Shown one piece after another: positions 52,401 to 64,000 of a stretch of 64,000 nucleotides of DNA (the first letter of the stretch is position 1; each line of letters opens with the position of its first letter). The notes beneath the pieces are model-generated. The model was not told the origin of the DNA. It did not search any database and saw nothing but the letters and a program-made list of their open reading frames with translations. This DNA comes from Callorhinchus milii (taxonomy: Eukaryota), in NCBI RefSeq assembly GCF_018977255.1, contig NW_024704743.1, positions 63,366,001 to 63,430,000 on the forward strand. The letters run 5' to 3'. The position numbers and the translations under genes were made by a program.

Positions 52401-53534
52401 AATAAACCTTAACAGTGAGCATTTCAGGAAAGTGTGTTGGACTGATGCCTGTGGAATTTTACTCCAGTTAAAGGAAAATCACTGATGTCAACCAAGGGGA
52501 GGGCATTAGTGAGCAAAAAAAAACTGAAGAGGCTGCATTCCCTTCCCCCCAAAATCGCTATGTAAGCTGTGTTTGTAGCACTGTACATCTTGAACAGATT
52601 CCAGAATGAGAAACTGAAGCTGAACATTCCTTGAAAAACCCTTTCTGCTGCGTCAGGTATGGATGAAGGACCTATGGAGCATAAGGGTAAAGGCTTTGGT
52701 TTGTTGTTCTGGTCTGGCTCTTGCTTCCAGAGTTAACATGAGTCCTTGTTGCAATATTTATCAAGTCTATTCCGTAGCCTTTTCCTGCCAATATTAACAG
52801 AATTTGCAGCCAGAAATATTGTATTACATTTCCAAAACACTGGAGACACTGCTGTGTGATTGATAGTACCAAAATGTGTTCTGCAGCTATTTTAGAATTT
52901 AACATTAGAAACTGTCATAACAGTTAGAAAAACTCCATAATTGGATGAGCTAAACAGATATCTTTTAATGAATAAAACTGTCAGTTATTTCTAAAACTGT
53001 TTCCCTCACAATTAAGTAGCGGGTGGTTTTATAGGATAGCGTAAAAGGTCAGATAGATTTTTGTGTTGAAATAAAGGAAGAAACATTATGTAGATCGGGA
53101 AGACAGGGCAATACTCTGCATTAATATATTGTAGCTTCACCGCTGGGGCCAGCCTTGAATCCGGTGCCTCTGACAGCTTTAACAGTACTGTGTTAAAAGA
53201 GGATGTGGCATGCCTACTGGAGTTCATAATTTGGTCCAATGGCCAGTGTCAGACAGATCATAAAGGTGACCACTGTGAGAAATCTAAACAGACAGAAAAC
53301 TAAAAGCACTCAGTAGGTATTGGTCACTACACTTTACAATATATATTCTGTGAAATGCTTTGAGATATCTCAACGATGCGATAAGGCGTTATATCAAATG
53401 TCTGGATTATTATTATTATTGGGAGGTGGAGATTGTGACATGTGGCTGTGCATCTTAGCGCAATATTTTGTAGCTATTCTGTGTTTACACGATCAGTGAT
53501 GAAGCAGGTTTAATAGATTCCTCTTTTATAAAAT

Positions 53535-53757
53535 CATATCATAGAATCAGAGAATTATACAGCACAGAAGGAGGCCATTCAGCCCATCGTGTCTGTGTTG
53601 AGTCTTTGAAAAGAGCTTCCAAATCAATCCCACTCCCCCGTTCTCTCTCCCCATAGCCCTGCAAACTTGTCCTCCCCAAATAATTATCTACTTCTCTCTT
53701 AACAGCTGTTATCGAATCGGCTTCCACCACCCTTTCAGACAATGCATTCCAGTTAAG
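53535..53757 (-). mobile_element. CR1-type 3' tail fragment
   Basis: WNALSERVVEADSITAVKREVDNYL and tgggctgaatggcctccttctgtgctgta tail; similar fragments near 28948-29115 (-), 49430-49730 (+), 55700-55860 (+). Confidence 0.8.
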
Positions 53758-53835
53758 GAATCTTTCTTCAAGACTGTCTGTCTGTCTAGACTTTGTCTTA
53801 GAATCTCTTTCTCTTGAAGAGGGGAGGACAAATGT

Positions 53836-54138
53836 GGAGCCCTGTAGTTCAGTGGTTAGAGCACTCTCCTTGGGAGCGAGACACCAGTCAGGGCGAAACC
53901 TTGGGCAAATTTGCTTACGCCACATGTCTGATAATAATCCCTCCAAAACAAAACAATAATAAATTGGTCATTTTCAATCCACGACTGTTTGTGGGACACT
54001 GCTGTGCGCAATTGGCTGCGGCGTTTTGCCCACAAATATACAGTCAATTTACTTTACAGCATATTCTGTGAAGTGCTTTGAGACATCTAGAAGACGTGAA
54101 AAGCGATATATCAAATGCAAAGATTATTATTATTATTA
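53836..54138 (+). mobile_element. Same SINE family, short form
   Basis: Head with B-box deletion, Deu core, (TTA)n tail. Confidence 0.88.
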
Positions 54139-56490
54139 TGATGACTATTTCAATTCAAACTAGGAAATCAGCTTGTCTCTTAAATTTCTAAGATTTCAAA
54201 AAAATCTTGGAAGCTTCTGGTTAAACCTATTATGATGAAGGAGAAACATCAAGATCACCTCATTTTAATGTAAGTGGGTGAGGTAAATTGGCTGTTAATG
54301 CCTAGTTGCCCAGTTGCTGCTGATTTCTGGGGTATAACAAATTCAAAGATTTTAGTCTCTTTTTACTTGGTTGCTGCCATCTCTCTACACATAATAAAAT
54401 TAATGCAATGTCTCATCACATTGCATTATTAAAGCACTTCCCACAAAGCAGTGACACTAACATAGTCAAACACAACAGACAATCTATCCAAGTAGCACAC
54501 CCACAAACAGCAGTAAAATGAACAATTACCCTTTTTGACAATTTGGATGAGGTAGAAATGTTAACCAAAATAGTGGGAAAACTCTTTTCCCATCTCCAAA
54601 CTAGTGCCAAGGAATCATTCACATCCACCTGAACCATCAACACCGATTGATAGGACCTCGGTTTAACATCTCACCCCAAAGGCAGCACTTGTAACACTGC
54701 AGCAATCTCTCAAGTAACACACACAATTATCGGCCTGGTGTCTAGATTTCTGATCAACATTTAGGCTGTTCTTGGTGCTGATACATGGGACTCCCTAAAG
54801 AGCTGCTTCTTAACAAGCCTGAAATGGATGTTGAAGGGATTCCTGAAATAGCAGCCCTTTGAACTTTAATTATTAAAAGAGAAAGAAAGGCTAAGGGAAA
54901 CACTTTCAGTGCCAAGTTCTTGTCCATTTATTTTCAAAAATAAGTAACATCTCTTGCTCCTTCAGTTTCAGGATGTTTCATTTCATTCTGTTGATGACAT
55001 CCCATTTCAGACTGTTGCTCACGCCAGGAAGCTTTCAATGTGCCTGTTACAGGGACAGCCTGCAAGCATCCCAGAGTGCTCCATTCATTTACACAGGAAT
55101 TGGGTGATTCGGGCCAAGCGGGAAGCCAACCTGAAGCAGCAGAGCTTGATAATTGAACTGCAGTCTGGTACCTCTGTGTACTCAGCTGGAGTTAATCATT
55201 TCCAGCCTGGATGCTTCCAGTCTGCTCCAAGTACCAATCCTTATATAAATGGATGCATCTGGTCCAGAAACTATGCACATTTCCCTATAGCGTACATCAG
55301 AACGGATAGGAATATGAGCAGAGTCCTGGAATGGCCAGTTTCCAAGGGAGAGGAAATGAGTCATGAAATCAGAAGACATTTCCTGGGAACCTTCAATTTT
55401 TTTCAAAAAAGCAAATATTCTGTTTTGAAGTATTTGCAACCTTTTCTTCTCTTTTGCACAATTTACTGACAGCGCTTTAAAGTCAGAAAACAGTAGTTTA
55501 AAAACTGGGGGAGGGGATTACAGAATATCTAGATTACTAGAATAAAGCAAGAAAGTTTAAAGATCATCTTAGAGTAATAATCAGGGTGTCCACTTTTAAA
55601 TGATGACAGTATGAAATAAATTGGAAATCAAGTTTAAAAAGATGTAGCGGTAGTGTCATTTAAAATTACAAATGTACAAATGCAAGTTGTTTAAAAATAA
55701 AGCATCAAAATATTTTAAGAGAAAACATGATCTCTTTCGTGAAAGAGAAACAAGTAGAGAGATATCGAAAAAGTGAATAGGAGGGGCAGAGGCTTGTGTG
55801 GAGTGTAAACAATGGCACGGACTAGTTGGGCCAAATGGTTCATTTCCATGCCATAGTGTCAAAGTTTTCTTTCCGCTTCGCTAGGCACTCATGCTTGGGC
55901 TAAACTGGAAAATTAAGGTAATATTGCTTGAGTGAAGTACTGAAGAGCAAACTTCATTAGATTAGATTCATCATAATAATTCTTGCATTTGATATAGCTT
56001 TGATCAAGTCATCGAGATGTTCAAAAGTGCTTCACGGGACATACTGTAAAGTGGATTGACTGTGCATTTTGTGGGTGGAACTGGCAGCTAGTTTGTGCAC
56101 AGTAATATCAAACAGCCATGGGTTGAGTGACACATTTTATTTGGAGTACTGTCAGCCAGGACACTGGGAGAAACTCCCTTCTCTTTTCAAATAGTGGCAG
56201 TATGTATAATTGTTTTTCACTGTCGTAAGTAGCCTTTAGTGTCAGTTGCGAGATGGATTGTGGCGCTTGAACCCACAATCTTCTGACTCAGAGGCGAGAA
56301 TGCTACCAACTGAGCCAGGCTGATACCTTGGTGGAAAGGTAGATCAAAACCTTCATGTCCAAAAGAAAGAGAAACCATCCAGGCCAATTTGTCCATGACT
56401 CTCAAGCTAAACAAAGGGTGCAGATAAATAGGTCAATGTCCTGACTAAGTCTGGGGGGAGCATCTCAGACATCAGATTCCCCATTAGGTA

Positions 56491-56865
56491 GAATCCTGTA
56501 GCTCAGTGGTTGAGCACTCGCCTTGCAAGCGAGAGACCTGGGTTCAATTCCTGGCAGGGCGAAATGCTGGGCGAGTTTCCTTACTCCACACACCTGTTTA
56601 CCTTGCAGTAAGTAGGAACCCAGTTGTTAGTCAATTGGCCGATCGCTTTCCTGGAGGTAATAATTCCTTCAAAAAACTAATAATAATAAATTGGTCACTT
56701 CAATCCAAGACTGTTTGTGGGACACTGCCGTGCGCAATTGGCTGCCGCGTTTCGCCCACAAAAAACAGTCAATCTACTTTACAGTATAATCTGTGAAGTG
56801 CTTTGAGACATCTCGAAGATGTGATAAGGTGCTATATCAAATGCAAGGATTATTATTAGTATTAT
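56491..56865 (+). mobile_element. Same SINE family, long form
   Basis: Full head, extra segment, Deu core, tail. Confidence 0.88.
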
Positions 56866-57335
56866 CATCAATCATGGGAGTGAATCACAATAAAGCTCGA
56901 ACATGGGAGGAGCATAATTCAAATTCTACTTGTATAAAAATAAACAAAGGTGACTTAACGGAAGTCAAGACTAAGTATAAGCATCAGTATACAGCAAACA
57001 AACATTGTAGAAAAGATCAGATCCTACACCTTTAATGATTTCTTGACACTAATTTACAACGAAAACATAAAAATACTATCATACGTTCATTTAGATGGGA
57101 ACACAGATTTCAAATCTGCCTGAAATTCAAACTGAATTCTGCATTGTTTGCTGAAAGGAAAATATTTTCCAAGTGAAAACTACCGATTGCTTCTGTATTT
57201 AAAAATATATACTCAATTCACATGCAACTTAAGAAAGAGCACATTCTGTGCTTCTGAAAACCAATGGTTTAATTGCTGGCATTTACCTGCCTATCTCCAC
57301 AAGCTGTAGCCATACCCGTGTGCATGCACTCACAT

Positions 57336-57405
57336 GAAAGTATCGCACACACCAAGCTGCACCCAGGCTCTCACAACATGCAACTTGGTAGTGTGCAATA
57401 CCTCC
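57336..57405 (-). ncRNA. MIR32: pre-miR-32 hairpin; mature 5p at 57379-57400 = UAUUGCACACUACCAAGUUGCA
   Basis: 70-nt hairpin colinear with recalled human pre-mir-32 (mature UAUUGCACAUUACUAAGUUGCA, 2 differences, seed intact); intronic and sense to TMEM245, the known host gene. Confidence 0.95.
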
Positions 57406-57880
57406 ACCAGAGCAAGCAAAATGGGAACTTTAAGTGAAGAATGGGAGAAATGATTCACTCAAGAGACTGAGACACAAACATGCTACTTAAGGAATAAGGA
57501 GAAGTGGGTGGGAAGGGTGGTCAAATGGAACTGCATGCACATGCTGTTGTCTCTGATTCCTCGCAGAGTAACTTTTCAAAAACACTTCACCACAGTTACA
57601 CAAGCACAAAAGCATTCCACCTTTACATCTTGCTAGAATGTAAAGTGCCAATGTGCACCTATGCAAATCTTTATAACAATCATCCTTAATTAGTATAGAA
57701 AAATGGACCACCTATTATATCATTAAAATGAGGACAATTAAACAAAATAAGTGTTAATAAATAAGGTAAATAATCACTGAATGCTTTTCTGAAAACTATC
57801 AGGAATTGTGTTATTTTGTTGCGAATAGATAAATGTCTGTGCTATCAAAGTTAGAACACACGCAGATTGGTATTAACCTA

Positions 57881-58039
<159 letters not shown>

Positions 58040-59533
58040 TCAAAGTCAAGTCATGTTACCAGAAACATGAAATGAAACTGCTTTGGGATAACTGAACCAA
58101 AACCTTACAATTTCAAAAACTTGGGGAAACATTTTTTGGACCATCAATGCATTAGCTCGATGCCACCGTGTAGGGATTTGTAATTGCTTTAACCATGGAA
58201 CTCATATAGTCCAAGCTGACACGCTAATGCAGTGCTGGAGTGTGCAGAATTGTTGGAGGTGCTATCTTTTGGATGAGAAGTTCAAACTTTTCAGGTTGAT
58301 GTTACAGACCCCATCGCACTATTTGAAAGAGAAGGGAGTTTCTCCCAGTGTTTTGGTCAACAATCCCTCAAAATAAAAAAAAGGTCATTCACTTGGTGGC
58401 CGTTCGTGGCTATTTGCTGTGTACAAATGGGCTGTCGTGTTTGCATTTCACTGCTCTTTACTGTACATCCTGTGAAGCACTTTGAATAGTCCTCTCAAAG
58501 TGAAAGTCACTATACCAAATGGAAGGATAGCATTTTGTGGCAGGATTCACCCAAAACTTTTGTATCAAAAATCAACGATTTTCAGAGTCTGGACTTTACA
58601 TTTACTGCAAATTTAGCTTTTAGGGTTGCTTTCCGCTAACTCAAAAGACATTTTTGGAAAATAAAATTGCTGCTATTTTAAAATAAATGTTGAATGTAGG
58701 GAAGCAAACTAACTGATGAAATATATAGAAACAAATGGCTGATCCAGTCTAAAGAAAGTTTAAATAGGAAGAGGAAACCGGGGGGGGGGGGGGGACGGGA
58801 AAGAAAGGAAATATGAGGTATATGGGGATTCCCTAGGGAATGATGACATTCCTGAAAGATCCAAGCTGAGTCAACTCTCTGTGACAGATTTATTGTCCAA
58901 TATCTAAGCCAAGCAGATCTGCAGACGTCCAGCTATTGCCTTCAATTGTTTGACCTGACTGGCTTATCAATGTAAATGGGATGCACAAGGAGGACTTGTC
59001 ACTGCAAGACAGGATTCTTTCCACTTGGCCGTAACAGGTGGGATAATGCTAACTGAAAAACAACAGAAATCTAACCAATACCATTTTAGCTGATTCAATT
59101 CTAGCAGTGAACATTGTGTTCATCAGGGAAAGCATTGTCTTCTTCCAAGACCACCTTTATGATGGAAAACTAAATGGTGATAGGAGCAGCAAAGCATTAT
59201 TTCCTGCATTATGTTCTCTATCTCTGCACTCGGTCAGGATAAGTCAGCAAAGTGCTTAGTCTATGAGAGGAAGTATATTAGAGGCAAAATCATCCTGAGC
59301 TACTCTTGTGCATTTCCTAGCACTCAATTACAAAGTGACAGGGCGGATTTCCAAGTTGCATAGTCACCCCCACTCAACATTCCCAAACTATTCCTTGATA
59401 AGAAATAGTTTGGCTTGGAGACCGTAAAGTTAGGGAAGGAGAGAAAAAGAAACATGACTTGAGACAATGCCCGTGTGCCTGTTTCACCTGTGAAATGCAC
59501 TTGCTTCCTCAACACTACTATGATATTCCATCA

Positions 59534-59908
<375 letters not shown>

Positions 59909-62890
59909 TTAGTTTTCAAAAGCAGAAAGTAACAGTCGTTCAGTGTGTGAGTTGACAGAAAATTATTCACAACAAAATCCATACAAAGCAAAATGCGCAC
60001 TTTAGTGGACACAATTAGTGAGGAATTGGAAAGGCCACGCAATTTTTTTTTTACACCATTTCTTTACAAAAATAAACTGAATGTACACAAGATAATGAGA
60101 AAAACTTGAAAAACTTTCACTTTCTTCTATACAATACCGGTACATCGACTCCTGTTTGTATAAGATTTCCTGAGAGTATAGTGAGGCCCATCACATAGCA
60201 AGATACTTACAAAAGAAAGCGATTTTTCATTTCCCCCTTCCACCAATTGAGAAAAAAATTGTCTCTTACAACCCCGTTAGTCAGTCAAAATCTACAAATC
60301 TGCCTATAGCTTACTTGGTCAGCAGTGGAGATTTAATTGAGTACCTAAAAAATAAAGTTCTGGAATAGATCACGCCTTGGTATGATAAATAAACCGATAT
60401 ATCAAAAAAAAGCACAGCAAAGGCCTCCAAACCTTGACATTCCATACAAGTTAGAGGAAGATCCCAATCCTGGGCCACCTAGGGGTACATACATCACCAC
60501 CTCCAGATAGATTTGTACTATGATTTGACTTTGGGAACTAAACAATTGGGAAGACCTAAAAAAATGCAATTTGTGCAAAACACAAATACTACTCTACATA
60601 ATGTTTGTGTTTTGCACAATTTAACTCCGTTTTACCAGTTTGTGGAGATCTAGGCTTCGGAAGTCCCCTTACATTAACGTTACTGCCAACATTATTATAT
60701 AGTGCATAAATTCACAATTCACAGTCCAATCACAAATTGATGATTTTATTTTCCTGAGCCAGAGGAATGAGAGGAACATCTTGCTACATGTAATGTTCCA
60801 TTGAACAAGGTGTCCAAGAAAAAAAATCATCTCTCAACTGAGACAGGCAAGTTTTGAATGACGTGCAATCACAGGTCAACCTCACAGTTATCGGGTAGGC
60901 AGTCAACTGTTCAAGTATTTGGAGTAATCTCTGGGGCCAGATTTTTATATTCAGCAAAATATGCCACTAGAAATTTTAAAATAAAAGCGAAGCTTTACCA
61001 TCAAACACATGTCAGCTAGCAACTACGGTAAATTAACTTTACATAACAACTTAATAATATAGCACCTCGTCATGTGGTAAGACATCTCAAAGCATTTCAC
61101 AAAATTTATTGTAAACTACAGTGACTGGGAATTTGTAGGCGAAAGCAGCAGCCAGTTTTCACAGTAATGAGCAACAAATTGTTGTGAAGTAAATGACCAA
61201 TTTTATCTGAGGATTGATGGCCAGACCACCTCTTCTAATAGCTCCATGAGGTCTTCAGTGTCCACCTGAAAATGTAGACAGGATCTCATTTTAATCTGAA
61301 GGATGGTACCTCTGGCAATGCAGCACTCCAAACTGCAATGGAGTGTCAGCCCAGACTGTGAGTTCAATATTCCAGCATGGAGCTTGAACCAATGGTCTAA
61401 AAGTGTTCCGAGAGGCTACCCGTGTGAAGAAAATCCAATATAAATGCAAATAGTAGTTGTTGTTGTTCTGACTCGAGAGTCAGGAGCTATTAACTGATCC
61501 TAGTACCTGTACGCTTTAACAACTGTTATATTTTAAAATGGAACTCCTGCTTCTCTGCTGAAAATATTTTTAGATTTCAATGCATGACAACTCGGTTTGA
61601 TTCACAGCAGATATATGTGGGATGAAGAACGTAACAGGTTCTTGCACTCTCCTCACAGCAGAGTGCCACAAAAGAACCCTAATAGGTAATAATTTCCTTC
61701 CAGCGTGACGACTGCATATTATCTCATGTGCTTTGTAGTCCAAGTGCAACCAATAGATTACACAAGGGCTGCCTCGTACATATTTTTAAGATCAACTCAG
61801 TTTCCAGGGAACAAACTGGAATAAACAACACAAAATTCAGTTAATCACAAAATCTTTTTGCTGTTCATTTCTTAATTAAAGGCATCTGTGTTTCACTCTG
61901 TTTACACATCGTGTTTAATGCACCTGCATTTATACAAGACTAACAGATGGTGCATAATATTCACATTTTAGGATTTATTTTCTCTGGCTGAATAGTATTT
62001 GGCAAGGAAAAATAGAATTTTGATGAATTTAAAACTTCATTTGTATCAAAGGCACTTAGAAACATGAGGAATTTTCATTGTCAACACATGCATGAAGTTC
62101 GGGTGTGATACCGAAGGGTAGACACATCTGGAATTATATTCCAGCAGAAGCAATTTTTGATTAGAGCATGGATACAAGTGGCTAAAAAATAAATGTTACT
62201 AAAAACCTAAAATCTGAGTTTCCAACACTTAAAAAACACAAGGCAATGTATTGGTCGTAAAATGATAGGGTGGAAGATTAAGCTCACAATAACTTCACAA
62301 GGCTGGGTGCCAACCTTAGCTGCATCATTGAGGAAATCTGCTGCCTCTGTACTAACTACAAAATAAATAAGAGTAAAGTTGGCCCCAGGTGGCCCTCACA
62401 CTCTCCTCGCAGCAGAATGCCACAAAAAATACTCCAAACAAGCTTGTATATGAAATCTAACTACAACCGAAGCACATTTATTCATAAAACAAACTGTGTT
62501 ACAAAGGGACTGCAGAGGAAACCAAAATATGACACTATCATTGTGCTGGAAGAAGATTTTCTATTTTTTCCCCACTCCTCATACTCTGTTGTATATAAAA
62601 GTGAACTGCCATGGAATTTAAACTTTATTCTCAAAATATGGATTTTCTATTCTAATTTTAAAAATCCAGTCCTTAAATCGTTTGGTCAAAATCACACTTG
62701 GGACTATATATTATCTTAATAATTTGTCCATCAAAAAGCCCCAAGCAAACCAAGACGTAACATTACAGAGTAATTCAGCATAGGTCATACATGTGAATTC
62801 TAAAATAAAATAAAATAAAAATCACAAATCTGCAGGAAAATCTCTGCTATAAACAGTTGTTAAAGGAGCGTTTTTCAATCATCAGCTTCA

Positions 62891-62918
62891 TGCTGCCCTC
62901 TACTGGCATTATTCTGCA
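62891..62918 (-). promoter_or_regulatory. CTCF-binding motif with upstream module
   Basis: Minus strand TGCAGaataaTGCCAGTAGAGGGCAGCA: matches core CCASYAGRKGGCRS with a TGCAG element upstream. Confidence 0.65.
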
Positions 62919-63526
62919 GCACATCCTAATCAAGGTAAAACTAAGCATGTAAAAATATTCCACACACGTACTTAAAATTACTATTTTAAAAACCTGGTTA
63001 TCGGAAATGCATTATAATTTAAATGGATAATATTGCATTTGGATATTCCTGGAGTTTAATCCATTAAAACCACGCAGCTTGTCACTGCAGACATTGACAA
63101 GCCTCCTGCTGCTTTTTCCAGCAAGTATCACCTACCTGCCTGGTCTTTAGCTTGCAGGGCTAAAAGGAGCTGCGTGGGAAGAATTCCTGCCCCTACTGAC
63201 TGGTCTGCTCTTCCAAGTCCTAATAATAAATCAAGCTAGCAGGTCAGTCATCAACAGTGCCTTAGAGCACTGCTCAAGAACCAGGCTCCTGAGGTTGACA
63301 GCATATGGTTTTCTCAGTAATAATATTTGAAATAGCACCTTTCGCGTCAGCAACATCTCAAAGTATTTCACATGATTTACTGTAAAGTGCAGCAACTACA
63401 TCTTTCATAGGTGAACGTGGCAGCCAATTTTTCCCTTATGTGTCAAGTGCATCAAACCCAACCAAATCAGAAACACTGACAAATAGATCCTGATAATAAT
63501 TAAACAAATGCAACATTTGCGTGCCA

Positions 63527-63937
63527 GCCTAGCTCAGTTGATAGTACTCTCACCTCCGAGTCAGAAGATTGTGTTCAAGCGCCAGGTCAGGACTTGGAAT
63601 GTATATAAGCTAAGATGACACTCCAATGCAATTTTAAGGGTGTCCTGCATTGTTGGAGGTATCATCCTTTGAATGAAATGTTAAACCACAGTCCTGTCTA
63701 CCTGATAAGGTGAATGTTAAAGATCCTACAGCACGATTCAAAAAAAAGGGAATTTTTCCTGGTGTCCTAGCCAACAATCCACGACAAGATTGGTCATTCA
63801 CTTATGGCTATTTGTGTAAATTGGCTGCCATGTTCACCTACAAAACACAGTCACTGAAAAGTGTGTCACTTGAAGCACTTTGGGATGTCCTCCCAAAATA
63901 AAAGGTGCTGAACTAAATGTAATAATTATTATTATTA
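63527..63937 (+). mobile_element. Older SacSINE1-like DeuSINE; representative copy
   Basis: gctcagttg.tag.actctc.cctc.gagtcagaag head and tgttggaggt...ttaaacc...caggtg.a.gttaaagatcc body; related copies near 2550-2850, 6880-7240, 7560-7860, 43770-44165, 58170-58530 (+) and 17600-17820, 46850-47265, 54420-54720, 55975-56325, 61050-61500 (-). Name from recalled consensus. Confidence 0.7.
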
Positions 63938-64000
63938 CAGCATTTAACATTCTATGTGTAATCTTCTCTCAATTGCTTCAAATATGGGAAGAATGTATAC

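Noticed and set aside
54954..55469. 171-aa ORF antisense within a TMEM245 intron
   Set aside because: Non-ATG start, no recognisable domain; probably an old retroelement remnant.
58779..58794. Poly-G run
   Set aside because: Simple homopolymer with no supporting context.

Overview
Vertebrate genomic DNA, most likely from a cartilaginous fish (inferred from Deu-domain tRNA SINEs, SacSINE1-like and CR1/L2 repeats). The window holds the 3' ends of two convergent genes: the last three coding exons of INO80C (IES6) on the + strand (3291-13024) and the last six coding exons of TMEM245 on the - strand (59839-42533). All splice sites and phases were checked by hand and join in frame. A TMEM245 intron contains the mir-32 hairpin (57336-57405, -) with compensatory substitutions relative to human. 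Best lead: the putative TMEM245 3' UTR has a site (41308-41321) matching 13 of 14 nt of this miR-32 variant, suggesting host-gene autoregulation. The rest is a layered transposon landscape: a young Deu-type SINE sharing its 3' tail with L2 LINEs, L2 copies nested inside antisense SINEs, CR1 fragments, a solo-LTR-like element and an unidentified ancient repeat. Also present are a strong CTCF-like motif, a promoter-like patch in the intergenic gap and a Pbx-Hox/Meis enhancer-like stretch. Family names come from recalled consensus sequences, not database searches. No prokaryote-type system (CRISPR, operon) is present.
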